DNA from: a virus
Lineage: Duplodnaviria; Caudoviricetes
Length of the DNA stretch: 64,000 nt
Virus record (IMG/VR): IMGVR_UViG_3300028591_000084
Reading direction: 5' to 3' (one strand)
In this document: positions 9,146 through 18,920 of the stretch, piece after piece
Numbering within the stretch: position 1 is the stretch's first letter
How the letters are laid out: each line of letters begins with the position of its first letter
Program-made: the position numbers and the translations under genes
The notes under the pieces: generated by a model
The model's database searches: none
What the model was told of the DNA's origin: nothing
Seen by the model: only the letters and a program-made list of their open reading frames with translations

Positions 9146-9320
9146 ACTAGTAGGAATCTTATTCTGTGGAGCTGGGTTTATATTTTTAGCATTAGGCCTA
9201 TATCTCCTCAGTGTTCATAGTAGAGTTCTTGGGATTGGAGCTGGCTGCTATGTGATATATAAGATTCTCTATCATATTGGATATTATTTGATCTATGGAG
9301 AAGAAAAAGAACAAAGGTAA
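9123..9320 (+). CDS. small membrane protein
   Basis: Two hydrophobic helices. Confidence 0.6.
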   Translation: MKTSWMDKLVGILFCGAGFIFLALGLYLLSVHSRVLGIGAGCYVIYKILYHIGYYLIYGEEKEQR

Positions 9321-9969
9321 ACACTTAGCATTCCTTTTAAGACATGATACCTCTTATCCTTATAGAGAAGATGGTTGGAGAGAGGTTAGCGATTTGGTGA
9401 AGAACCATGGATTTACAAGAGAAGAACTTGAAACCCTTGTTAAAACTGATGAAAAGGGGAGGTATGAATTTGATCTAGAGAAGAGAAGAATAAGGGCCGT
9501 TCAAGGACACAGTATTCCCGGAGTTAAGCCAGATTCTATTATCTTAGCAACACCTCCAACTATTCTATACCATGGAACAAGTAGTAAGTATATTAGTAGC
9601 ATTATGTCAGGTGGCTTAGAGAAAAGAAACAGAAATCATGTTCATCTATCTGAAGATCCTGATACTGCTAGAAAGGTCGGAGCAAGACATGGAGGGGGAT
9701 TTCCTGTCATCATTTATGTTAAAGCAAAAAAGTTTTTTGATGATGGGCATAAGATATTTAAATCTGCCAATGGAGTATGGTTAACAGAAGATTCTATACC
9801 CTATAAAGACTATTGCTTTTTATTACCTGATACCTTAACACTTGGGACATTAAGTTGTGAAGACTGTACAGCGGCTAAATACTGTAGAAAGGAACATTGT
9901 CAAGCAAATACTTCATTTTGTGATGTTCCTGTTTATTATAATGATTTTGAAAACCAGTCAAATCTTTAA
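9295..9969 (+). CDS. kptA: RNA 2'-phosphotransferase Tpt1/KptA
   Basis: LLRH, DEKGRY, IRAVQGHS, LYHGT, RNHVHLS, SANGVWLT. Confidence 0.93.
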   Translation: MEKKKNKGKHLAFLLRHDTSYPYREDGWREVSDLVKNHGFTREELETLVKTDEKGRYEFDLEKRRIRAVQGHSIPGVKPDSIILATPPTILYHGTSSKYISSIMSGGLEKRNRNHVHLSEDPDTARKVGARHGGGFPVIIYVKAKKFFDDGHKIFKSANGVWLTEDSIPYKDYCFLLPDTLTLGTLSCEDCTAAKYCRKEHCQANTSFCDVPVYYNDFENQSNL

Positions 9970-9973
9970 TACT

Positions 9974-10040
9974 GATAAAAGAAGCGAAGTCATATTAACG
10001 GGGGAGATTGTTCGTGATGAATAATCTCTCTTTTTTTATT
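9974..10040 (+). ncRNA. putative small RNA unit (promoter, variable segment, conserved hairpin terminator)
   Basis: Promoter motif 9960-9975; hairpin GAGATTGTTCGTGATGAATAATCTC almost identical to the 52 kb array hairpin. Confidence 0.5.
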
Positions 10041-10048
10041 TTCCCGTT

Positions 10049-10064
10049 AAAACCTTATATATGA
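10049..10064 (+). promoter_or_regulatory. phage promoter motif
   Basis: AAAACCTTATATATGA. Confidence 0.7.
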
Positions 10065-10086
10065 TAAAATTTATTAATTAAAGAAA

Positions 10087-10323
10087 ATGGAAAAAAAGAA
10101 TTTGACTATTTCAGCCTGGGTAACAGCCCCGGCAGAAGTTCAAAAGCATGGCATAAATCGTTATGCCGTAACTTATGACCCCATGATTGGGGTCGCAAGA
10201 TCGGAAGAGCGTAGGCGCTGGGTCGCCACGCTTGGTTCGTTGGCACTGGCAGCTTATGTTGCCAGGAAGGTCTGCCAGAAATGGTTAGACCCTAAAAAAG
10301 AAGAAAACAAAACCGAGGCGTAA
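10087..10323 (+). CDS. hypothetical protein
   Basis: 78 aa ORF between promoter and terminator. Confidence 0.7.
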   Translation: MEKKNLTISAWVTAPAEVQKHGINRYAVTYDPMIGVARSEERRRWVATLGSLALAAYVARKVCQKWLDPKKEENKTEA

Positions 10324-10365
10324 GCCTTGGTTTTTTTTTTATTTTCCCGTTAAAGCCTTACATAT

Positions 10366-10440
10366 GTAACTGAAAGGTAGTAAGTTACCTTCCGAAGGAT
10401 TAATGGGTTCCGATCCTAAGGAATGAGAAAAAAGGAACCT
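10366..10440 (+). ncRNA. Structured leader RNA motif, copy 2
   Basis: Repeat of 4449-4525 directly after promoter 10352-10367. Confidence 0.55.
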
Positions 10441-10455
10441 AAATTAAGTGCTACT

Positions 10456-10563
10456 ATGAAGAGGGCATTGCAATTTTTGGCATCTTTCACCCTGATATAC
10501 ATCGGGGTGTACATAATGCCAACTCCATCCTGTTTAGCAGATGGAAAAAAGGGGGAGGAGTAA
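10456..10563 (+). CDS. small hydrophobic peptide (35 aa)
   Basis: MKRALQFLASFTLIYIGVYIMPTPSCLADGKKGEE; same spacing from the leader motif as the DHH gene. Confidence 0.45.
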   Translation: MKRALQFLASFTLIYIGVYIMPTPSCLADGKKGEE

Positions 10564-10601
10564 CTCCCCTTTCTTATCTATAACTTAATAAACAGTGTGA
10601 C

Positions 10602-10829
10602 ATGAAGAATGAGTATCTGGGTGAGGTCCTTGAAAAAAGACTCGAGGACGTCTCACAAAAAATTAAAATCCTTCATCTCGTAATAGAGAGTAGAAGGGAG
10701 AAAATGGCCAATTTAATATGGCCAATAAAGGTCCTAGAAAACTGGGACATAGAACGAACTCTTGAGAAGGAATATAATCGCCTTCTTCAAGAGAAACAAA
10801 GTTTGAAAGAAACCTTAGCAATTTGCTAG
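10602..10829 (+). CDS. hypothetical protein
   Basis: 75 aa ORF. Confidence 0.55.
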   Translation: MKNEYLGEVLEKRLEDVSQKIKILHLVIESRREKMANLIWPIKVLENWDIERTLEKEYNRLLQEKQSLKETLAIC

Positions 10830-10875
10830 GATTTCTTTTTTTTCTTTTTGTTCCGCCTAAACCTTTATTATTGAT

Positions 10876-11421
10876 ATGAATTTTAGAATAGCTTATTTTA
10901 TTAGTGATTCAGATCCAACCTGTTTAGAAATGGCTGTTGAATTGCCAAGATTATTATTAAATAAGCGAGGCCAGGAGATGGTACTGATTAAAAGTCCTCT
11001 AAGCGACTATACATACTATCCCTTTTTTGGTAATGATGATACTGAGCCTGAAAAATGGTTAGAAAAGTGGTTAAGGCCTGATAAAAAACAGGAAAAGATA
11101 GAATTAGGGCCTACTACTGTTCGTCTTTATGTTTTAAAGCCATTTGATGAGGGTTATAACGGTAATTTTAAAGTATTATCATCAGGGATTATAAAAAGAA
11201 TATTTGAAAAATGTTCAGCCAAGGTTCCATTGAATCTTCAAGTACCTGGATCTCTTTATAGTATTCCTGTTGAAGACCCACTTATAATCAATAATCCTCA
11301 TTCTACAATTTTGATAGAGGAGAATGACATAGAGTTTGAAAATGTAAAGAAATCGCCATTTACTCCCGAAATCTTCCTCACAATTAAATACTTACTAAGA
11401 TATGGCACGAACAAAATATAG
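10876..11421 (+). CDS. hypothetical protein
   Basis: 181 aa ORF immediately after a promoter motif. Confidence 0.65.
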   Translation: MNFRIAYFISDSDPTCLEMAVELPRLLLNKRGQEMVLIKSPLSDYTYYPFFGNDDTEPEKWLEKWLRPDKKQEKIELGPTTVRLYVLKPFDEGYNGNFKVLSSGIIKRIFEKCSAKVPLNLQVPGSLYSIPVEDPLIINNPHSTILIEENDIEFENVKKSPFTPEIFLTIKYLLRYGTNKI

Positions 11422-11917
11422 AGTCATCGTAGCATTATCAGCAAGAAAAGTAAGAATAGGGCCAGTTGTTATGTTATTTATTGGTCCAATAAAAGGGTGG
11501 TATGAAAAGAGGTATGATAGAATTTTTTCTCCTTCTCCTTCTTTCATTAAGAATCTGGATTTTACTAGTATTAATGAGACAATTAAGTCTTATAGAGAGG
11601 ATTGCTTGAATCCTATAAAAAATGGTCTAAAGAAAACTAACTTTTATATTAGATTTTCGGTTAATCCAAATCGTACTGGAGATATTTCATTTAGAAAAGT
11701 ATTTGGATCAAAGCTTTTGGAGGCTGTCTTAAGAAATAATAAGGTTTATCTCCTAGGGGGTGTAAGACTTGAATGTGAAACAATGCTGGGTAATTGTAAA
11801 GCTATAGGGGAATTTGAAGCTTATCTTGATCTAAAAGAAATCATAGCAGTCAAGAAATCCACTAAAGCGATAGCAGCAGTATCCAGCGAAAGTGTAATTA
11901 ATCAACTTATAATATGA
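11402..11917 (+). CDS. hypothetical protein
   Basis: 171 aa overlapping ORF. Confidence 0.6.
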   Translation: MARTKYRVIVALSARKVRIGPVVMLFIGPIKGWYEKRYDRIFSPSPSFIKNLDFTSINETIKSYREDCLNPIKNGLKKTNFYIRFSVNPNRTGDISFRKVFGSKLLEAVLRNNKVYLLGGVRLECETMLGNCKAIGEFEAYLDLKEIIAVKKSTKAIAAVSSESVINQLII

Positions 11918-12261
11918 TCAGGATTTACTGTTTTATAAATGAAGAGGTGGGATTTAATTCCTTTATAGTTGAAGTTCCTATGTATGTAAGAACGGCTGTA
12001 GGTGGAGCGGTAATTTCTGATAAAATGGACCTTAAGGACCTTAAGAGTGTATTTTTAGTTTATTCTATCTTCTCTGCTCCATCTAAGCTCTTCACTGTTA
12101 GTACTCTCAAAAAATTCCTTATCGATAATAAGTACAACCATAGGATGTTTTTTGTTGACGAGGAGACCGTTAGGGAGTATGATAAATCCCAACTCTACCT
12201 TAAACAGGAATTTAATGAGGAAGATATATTTCCACGTGATAATGCCAAATACTTCTGGTAA
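11914..12261 (+). CDS. hypothetical protein
   Basis: ATGA-coupled ORF. Confidence 0.6.
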   Translation: MIRIYCFINEEVGFNSFIVEVPMYVRTAVGGAVISDKMDLKDLKSVFLVYSIFSAPSKLFTVSTLKKFLIDNKYNHRMFFVDEETVREYDKSQLYLKQEFNEEDIFPRDNAKYFW

Positions 12262-12335
12262 TGGAATAGTTCTAACTTAAAAAATATCAACTTAAGGCCG
12301 TTTAAGTCCTTATACCTGAAAGAAACATAGATAAT

Positions 12336-14456
12336 ATGGATGATAAAAAATTAAAAATTGAAGTTTTAGAAAAAGCTAAAAAAACGCTTAAAGAGGAATT
12401 TGTTGGGCTTGACTCTATTATTGATGAGATTATTGCTGCAGTTACTCCATGGTATATCACCCCGGAAATTATTAAAAGACCGGTAGTGGTATCGCTTTGG
12501 GGAATGACTGGAACAGGTAAATCATCAGTTGTCAAAAGATTAATAGAGTTACTTGACATTAATACCTCGATTTCTTTTGATTGTGGAACTATGGGCAGTG
12601 ATAGGGTTAATATTACATCTTCTATCATGGATACTCTTGGTTTTGACTCAGATGATACTAAGAAGACAGCTAGTGAAACCTTAGTACCCCGTGATCCTAT
12701 TGTTATGGTTTTTGATGAATTTCAATATGCCAGATCCATTAATAGTAGTGGAGAGGAAGAGGTTCAGGGTGGTGTTAGACCTATTTGGACTATATTAGAT
12801 TCTGGTATTTTGGAGGTTGGGGAAAGTTTCTCTTGGTCTTTCAATAGTCTCTGCTCTTTTGCTGAGGATTTGAAAGTATTTTCCGACGAATATCCTGATA
12901 TCAAGGTAAAGAATAATATGATTTATGATCCTGCTGAAATAAAGATCTATAATGACAGCTTAGGATTTCTTTATAAGACAGTACCAGGATTGCCAGGATA
13001 TGATGAAGATGATACTCCGACAACAAGTGATGACTCTAATAAGGATCCTAACAAACCAGTATCAGTTCTTGGTCTTGAGAGTATAAGGACACTAGCAAGA
13101 AGATTATCAAGAGTTAATACAGAAAAACTGAATATCAATATTATTCAGGATCTTTTAAAATCAGAACTAACCATAAAAGAATTATCTGACTGTATTAATA
13201 AGATTATTTCCTTGACAACGAAGAGCGTAAAACTTGATTGCTCTAAGTCACTTGTATTTATAATCGGTAATTTGGACGAGGCATTTGAAGTTCAGGATGA
13301 TATTAGTCCCGATATGGATGCTGATATTTTCTATAATATAACGAAAAATGTAACGATCCATGATATTAAAGAATCACTTTCTAAACGATTCAGGGCTGAG
13401 GAAATTGCCAGATTAGGTAATAACTTGATAAAATATCCAACTTTAAAGAGATCTCACTTTGAAGAAATTATTAAGAGAGAAGTAAGCAGAATAAAGAAAG
13501 ACTTTAAAGAGAGAATTAAGAATATTGACTTAGAGATTGATAAGCCGGTTCTTGATCTTTTGTATTATGAAGGTGTCTACCCAACTCAAGGTGTTAGACC
13601 AATATTTACTTCCATTAATACACTTCTAACCCCAATACTTAGCCAGGTAATACTTAATTGTAGCACTAAAGCTATTATTACTCTGGATAATGCTGAGGAA
13701 GTTGTAAAAAAGAAATTTAGGTTACCGGAAGTTACTATTCTTATTGAATCTCCAGATCTTTCCGAACCTTTAAGAATCAAACAGAACTTAACACTAGGTT
13801 CTTTAAGATATCCAAAGATTAGAAAGAAAGTTTATGCTATTTCTATCCATGAAACTGGACATGCTTTAGTTCAAACTTATCTGACTGGTAAAACTCCAGA
13901 CACTATTATTAGTGTTAGTACTAATCGAGGTGGATTCTGTTCTACGTATGATGAAGGCCTAGATCAAGAGATAGAGTCGATTCGGGATATTAATAACGAG
14001 GTTATGATAGATATGGCCGGTTGGGCTGCTGAAAGACTATTCTTCAGTCCTGAACGATGCTTACTCGGGTCTAATTCTGATATTTCAAAAGCCTGGAAAC
14101 TACTAAGTAACGCTGCTTATAGATCAGGATACTACTTTAATAGATCCTACTCCGATCTCCTTTGTGATGAAAAGGGAGACGGTATTGGACAAGGTATGAA
14201 CCCTGATGAGATTAATTGGAGAGTTAGGTCGACCTTTAATAATTTGGAAAAAGAAACAACAAAGATATTAAAGGAAAATATCGGTCTCCTTAAGAAGACA
14301 GCTTTAATTCTTAGTGAAACAGGCATTATGACTGGGAACGAATTTATGGCCTTGATTGAGAAAAATGAAGGATCATTAACCCTAAGCAGAATAAAACATG
14401 CTTCTGAAATTAATGATCCTGAATACTATAAAAATAAAATAGAGGGAAGAGCTTAG
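12336..14456 (+). CDS. AAA+ ATPase fused to FtsH-like (M41) metallopeptidase
   Basis: GMTGTGKS, MVFDEFQ, HETGH zinc motif, MAGWAAERLFF; no TM segment. Confidence 0.8.
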   Translation: MDDKKLKIEVLEKAKKTLKEEFVGLDSIIDEIIAAVTPWYITPEIIKRPVVVSLWGMTGTGKSSVVKRLIELLDINTSISFDCGTMGSDRVNITSSIMDTLGFDSDDTKKTASETLVPRDPIVMVFDEFQYARSINSSGEEEVQGGVRPIWTILDSGILEVGESFSWSFNSLCSFAEDLKVFSDEYPDIKVKNNMIYDPAEIKIYNDSLGFLYKTVPGLPGYDEDDTPTTSDDSNKDPNKPVSVLGLESIRTLARRLSRVNTEKLNINIIQDLLKSELTIKELSDCINKIISLTTKSVKLDCSKSLVFIIGNLDEAFEVQDDISPDMDADIFYNITKNVTIHDIKESLSKRFRAEEIARLGNNLIKYPTLKRSHFEEIIKREVSRIKKDFKERIKNIDLEIDKPVLDLLYYEGVYPTQGVRPIFTSINTLLTPILSQVILNCSTKAIITLDNAEEVVKKKFRLPEVTILIESPDLSEPLRIKQNLTLGSLRYPKIRKKVYAISIHETGHALVQTYLTGKTPDTIISVSTNRGGFCSTYDEGLDQEIESIRDINNEVMIDMAGWAAERLFFSPERCLLGSNSDISKAWKLLSNAAYRSGYYFNRSYSDLLCDEKGDGIGQGMNPDEINWRVRSTFNNLEKETTKILKENIGLLKKTALILSETGIMTGNEFMALIEKNEGSLTLSRIKHASEINDPEYYKNKIEGRA

Positions 14457-14896
14457 ACTCCTCCTTCTATCTTTTTTATTTCTACACCATGCCACAATCC
14501 AGCGGGTTTGTTAGGACTGGTCAATATATCAACTCTCTTCCTAAACCTCTTGTTCATTGTGTCATGAATTGTGTAGATTCCTGCAATCTCTCTTGGGCCA
14601 CTAATCTTCACCTTATCACCATATTTTAAATGGCCCTGGTTGATAAAGTCTCTACTAACCGCTATCCATTTCAAGCGGCCTCCTTTTAGTTTCGCCAGGT
14701 CAATCTTACTACCATCAGCAGTTATCAAAGGATTATCACTACACTGTCCCTCTACAGGATGATATTGTGTAACTGTAACCTGATGACTTCTGGCTCTGGT
14801 TCTCTTCAGATGACCTTGATGATTCTTAATCTTTGCATCCATCGTCGGATTGGTCGATAAACAAATCATCATCATACTCAATATTAATTTTTTCAT
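14453..14896 (-). CDS. secreted 3D-domain (cell-wall lytic transglycosylase-like) protein
   Basis: Signal-like MKKLILSMMMICL, VTQY, TADG, IAVSRD, HDTMN, RVDIL. Confidence 0.75.
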   Translation of the reverse strand: MKKLILSMMMICLSTNPTMDAKIKNHQGHLKRTRARSHQVTVTQYHPVEGQCSDNPLITADGSKIDLAKLKGGRLKWIAVSRDFINQGHLKYGDKVKISGPREIAGIYTIHDTMNKRFRKRVDILTSPNKPAGLWHGVEIKKIEGGV

Positions 14897-14988
14897 ATCA
14901 TTAATAAGGATTTTAAGGGATAATTTTACATACAATTCAGGCTTAAGTCCTTATTTTTGAAAGTTTAATTAATAAAATAAAAAAAATC

Positions 14989-15735
14989 ATGAACATTCAA
15001 GAATTTAAAAAGAATTACGGTCTTAACACAGGAGATCCTAAGTGGATTATTAACGGTGGAGACTTGTTGAGGTATGTTGGAATGGAAGTAGTCTATATCG
15101 ATTATAAGAAAGATAAGACGACTGGGGAATGGAGTTCTAGAATCGAGAGGGCTATAATTAAAAAGATAGATGACTTCGATCCTATCACCATGACCTATCA
15201 CATTCTCTATGACTTGCTTGACTCAAAACAAACAGACTTAGAGGAGAGAATCATACCAGAGGGATATTCCTTCGATATCATGGGACAAGGTATTCAAGAC
15301 TCAATGAATCGCTTTACACCCTATTCTTATCACCTAATCCTCCAAGAAGAAGACCTGTTTTATAAGCGACTCTTGGAAGGATGGGATATCAATAAGACCC
15401 TTCCTTTTGAAGCCCTAAAAACAATAAATGAAAATAAAGAAAAATCTAAACTTTTAAAATACGCTAAGAATATTGTAGCCCTCATTAGACCATTCAAGGA
15501 TCAAAATGCTGAAGAACTGGAATACTCTGATGAAGTTCTACAATTTAGAATTTTTGACCTCATCTTGAAGCATGAATATAAAGAAGACTGGAGATTGATG
15601 ATTAAAGATAGAACAGGAAAATCTTTTAATATTCTCATTAGCGAAAAAGAAGAGGATTCATACGAATTTAAACTAGGAAAAGATCTGGTTGGGGATCTTA
15701 AAATTATAGATTTGGAAAAATGGTTAGATCATTAA
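14989..15735 (+). CDS. hypothetical protein
   Basis: 248 aa ORF after promoter 14945-14960. Confidence 0.7.
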   Translation: MNIQEFKKNYGLNTGDPKWIINGGDLLRYVGMEVVYIDYKKDKTTGEWSSRIERAIIKKIDDFDPITMTYHILYDLLDSKQTDLEERIIPEGYSFDIMGQGIQDSMNRFTPYSYHLILQEEDLFYKRLLEGWDINKTLPFEALKTINENKEKSKLLKYAKNIVALIRPFKDQNAEELEYSDEVLQFRIFDLILKHEYKEDWRLMIKDRTGKSFNILISEKEEDSYEFKLGKDLVGDLKIIDLEKWLDH

Positions 15736-15766
15736 TCTTAAGCGGCATCTTTATTAGTCTATACCC

Positions 15767-16288
15767 ATGGCTCGGACTAAGAAAATCTTAGCACTTGACG
15801 TTGCTTATAAAGGGTCGCAGTATAAGGGAGTTGGAATAGTCTTCAGTGAGTGGACCCAGGGAGAACCTAATGAAGTGATTGAAATTAAAGGTCGAAATAA
15901 TGCACCTTATATTCCTGGCGAATTCTGGAAAAAAGAAGTGCCAATACTTAAAGAATTGTGCAAAAATCTCGACCAAATAAAAACAATCATAGTGGATGGT
16001 TTCTTGGAGGTCCTAGATGATAGGACTGAGAAACTTAATTCTAGCTTCTATGAGCATCTAATGAAAGAACTTAAAGGGTGGAAAGGACAAGTAATTGGAA
16101 TTGCTAAGAGTGACTTTGGAGAAACGGGAAAGAAAGGATATGCTTTGAGATGGGAAAGGGGAGGTAAACCACTCTGGATCCAATGGAAAAATGGTAAAGA
16201 TCCAACCAAAAATCTCAAGGAAATGAAAGGAGATAAAAGACTTCCTGATCTCTTACAATTTTTGGATGATAAAACTAAAGAAAATTAA
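15767..16288 (+). CDS. nfi: endonuclease V family protein
   Basis: ALDVAY, PYIPGEFWKKE, IIVDG, VIGIAKS, RLPDLL. Confidence 0.8.
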   Translation: MARTKKILALDVAYKGSQYKGVGIVFSEWTQGEPNEVIEIKGRNNAPYIPGEFWKKEVPILKELCKNLDQIKTIIVDGFLEVLDDRTEKLNSSFYEHLMKELKGWKGQVIGIAKSDFGETGKKGYALRWERGGKPLWIQWKNGKDPTKNLKEMKGDKRLPDLLQFLDDKTKEN

Positions 16289-16383
16289 AAACTAATAAAA
16301 GGTGGAGATCCTATGATGGGCCTCCCCTTCTTTTTTTTTCAATTCAATAAATTACTACTAGGATCCCCTTGTATTCTTATTAT

Positions 16384-16563
16384 TGGAGAATTAGAAATTT
16401 AATTTGATATTATCTATTCATATTTATTCCATGGGGATCCATCCTGTCTGTGAAGATAAGGTGGTGCACGTATTAGTTAGTATCGTTTTGTTTTCATAAT
16501 ATACTTGTTGTTGTTTTATTTTTTAATTCTCTAGGTAGTGGTCTGTGAAGATCGCTACTTTTC
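16384..16563 (+). ncRNA. putative two-module antisense small RNA
   Basis: Promoter-like motif ~16370-16386; two GTCT-GTGA-AGAT hairpins; 16499-16514 is the exact reverse complement of 4527-4542. Confidence 0.6.
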
Positions 16564-16624
16564 TTCATCGCTTCAAACCCTTATTAATAAGTATAATTTT
16601 TTTAATTTAATTTAAACAACAAGT

Positions 16625-17950
16625 ATGAAAAAGAAGACAAAAGAAAAAGTGGAATTCTTCAATACTGTAAGAGACGGTATTAAAAGTGGGCTGTTCGTAG
16701 AGGAGCCCGGAAGAGTGAAGAGGGGCGAAATAGTTCCTCTTATTGAAAAACTAGACCAATACAACGGTCTAGAGGTAAAGAGAACCCACAGAGATTGTTG
16801 GAATCTGTGGGCAATAATAAAGAAGAACTTAAAGCTTCTTCGAGTCCAGAATGCATACATACTGCCCAACGAGGCAGTAGCACCTGCAGCAGTACCTGCA
16901 GTAGAGAGTAATTATATCTTGCCCGCCAGCCCAGATAAGATGTTGGCGGAGGCAAGACGGAGATTCAGGCAGCGGCATCCTGAATGTCATAAGGCATTTA
17001 AGATCGAAAGAGGAATTTCTTTCAAGGAAGCCGAATTCGACTTGATTTGGTTGATGGTTTCTGACAGGGTTACAATAGGCAAAACCCTTTGGGCTGTCCA
17101 GGACGCCCACCCGAAAGGATCTGCAAAGACCTGGAATGGATGGGAGAGAATAATCGAGAAGCTAAGTTTCTACAATATCAACAGATTTTCGATTATTAGA
17201 CAGGGCAACAAAAAATACATAAGGATCGAAGGAACTATCCAGGATGCCTTGATCTTGCAGAGGGATCTTTCGAAAGTAGGAAAGAAGCTTCTCAATAAGA
17301 ACTATGAGGTAATTAAAGACCTCAAGCCTGTCGAGAAGCAGGATGATTTTATCGCTCCCACTACAGCATTAAAGAGTGGTATTGACGATAGGGACGGGTT
17401 CATCCTGTTAGTTCTTACAAAACTGGCAGAGAATGAGGGGGTAGGAATTGATGAGGCTAGACAAATTTTAGCCTTGAATCGGTACTACCCGGTGAATTAT
17501 AGTAGCGGGGAAATAAAGGACCTCGTTGCCCGTTTCCCCGAGTATCTTACCATCAACAGTCTGGATGGCAAAATACAATCTGTCATTCAGAACAGATGTC
17601 CAGAAGAATTGAAGAAATTTAGCCCTTATAACAGGGCAATGGAAATCACGCTAATAATCTCATCAAAGCTCCCTTTAGAGGAGATTGAGAAGGTTATCGG
17701 AAAAGTAGTGGTGCACTATTCTTCCGAGGAGGTAATGGTATGTACTTCCTCATTAAGTGAAGGACGAGACGACATAATTAAGCTAGCAAGGCTGAAAGAA
17801 AAGCTTCGATCAACAGACAAGATAGTGGGTCTTCACAGGCCAGAACTGTTGGTAGACGAGATGGATCGTCTCCTGAGGGTGGCCGTAATGCCAACCCAAT
17901 TATTAGGGCGATCGAGAGAGGCATTGATAGAAGCTGCCGTTAGAGTTTAA
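16625..17950 (+). CDS. hypothetical protein
   Basis: 441 aa ORF with GC-richer codon usage. Confidence 0.75.
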   Translation: MKKKTKEKVEFFNTVRDGIKSGLFVEEPGRVKRGEIVPLIEKLDQYNGLEVKRTHRDCWNLWAIIKKNLKLLRVQNAYILPNEAVAPAAVPAVESNYILPASPDKMLAEARRRFRQRHPECHKAFKIERGISFKEAEFDLIWLMVSDRVTIGKTLWAVQDAHPKGSAKTWNGWERIIEKLSFYNINRFSIIRQGNKKYIRIEGTIQDALILQRDLSKVGKKLLNKNYEVIKDLKPVEKQDDFIAPTTALKSGIDDRDGFILLVLTKLAENEGVGIDEARQILALNRYYPVNYSSGEIKDLVARFPEYLTINSLDGKIQSVIQNRCPEELKKFSPYNRAMEITLIISSKLPLEEIEKVIGKVVVHYSSEEVMVCTSSLSEGRDDIIKLARLKEKLRSTDKIVGLHRPELLVDEMDRLLRVAVMPTQLLGRSREALIEAAVRV

Positions 17951-18025
17951 TTTTAAAAGTAAAAGGAAGAACCGGGATATAATGTCCTGGTTTTTCTTTT
18001 GTCCCTTTAATTCTTTATTATTGAT

Positions 18026-18346
18026 ATGAGTATTAAAGTTAGAAGTGTTATTGATGTTATTACTAATAGTAGTAGTGAAACTTTTATAATTAAGAATTCT
18101 GGTGGAGATACAATTGATGATGTCCCTAAGAGATTCTACAACTTTATTGAAAGTCGTTACGGTCAGACTTATGGCACCAGAGACGCCCCGGCATTTTCTG
18201 GTGTATATGATGCTGATTTCTATACTAAGCCTGACGGCTCTATTGTAGTAGACTATCAAGTAATGTGTAATCTTGATGAAGGCCTCGAAATATTAGAAGA
18301 AATCTACGGAAAAGGGAACGTTAGTCGTGAAGAATCTGATTATTAG
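18026..18346 (+). CDS. DVITNSSSE-motif protein
   Basis: N-terminal RSVIDVITNSSSETF. Confidence 0.7.
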   Translation: MSIKVRSVIDVITNSSSETFIIKNSGGDTIDDVPKRFYNFIESRYGQTYGTRDAPAFSGVYDADFYTKPDGSIVVDYQVMCNLDEGLEILEEIYGKGNVSREESDY

Positions 18347-18920
18347 AAGTGTTATTGATGTCATCACTAATAGTAGTAGTGAAACCTTTTTGATTAAACG
18401 AGGTACTAAGACGTTAAAAGAAATAGAGAATGACCTACTAAGTCATAAAAGTGATAAGGATAGGGGTACTGGAATGGGAGGAATCCTAGAGGTTAAAGAT
18501 AGAGTTTGGGAAGATACAGAAAAAATTAGGTCTGACTTGGCCATCGTTGATATTGACCAAGGTTTTAAGGATCTTATGAAATATCTCTTAAAAACCTATT
18601 ACGTTATTGATGTCATGGATTCAACAGCTATTCTAGGACCTGACAATGAAAGGGTTATTTCTATTGGAAAATCTTCAAGCTTAACTGGTGCTAGAAGAGA
18701 GGGCGGTGAGATAGTTGAACTTATTTCATACTATTCTGACATAAAGGAGCAAGAGAGGATCCTTAATGGCCCTAATGGTGAAGAAGAACTATTAAAATAC
18801 TTTAAATGGAATGAAACTTGTGGTTCAAAGGAGGATTTACTCAAACAAGTCAGAGAGTGCATTAAGAAAATTAATAATAATCCAATAGTAAAGAAATATG
18901 CACCAACTAAAGAGTCATAA
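18327..18920 (+). CDS. DVITNSSSE-motif protein (tandem paralogue)
   Basis: Identical RSVIDVITNSSSETF motif. Confidence 0.7.
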   Translation: MKNLIIRSVIDVITNSSSETFLIKRGTKTLKEIENDLLSHKSDKDRGTGMGGILEVKDRVWEDTEKIRSDLAIVDIDQGFKDLMKYLLKTYYVIDVMDSTAILGPDNERVISIGKSSSLTGARREGGEIVELISYYSDIKEQERILNGPNGEEELLKYFKWNETCGSKEDLLKQVRECIKKINNNPIVKKYAPTKES

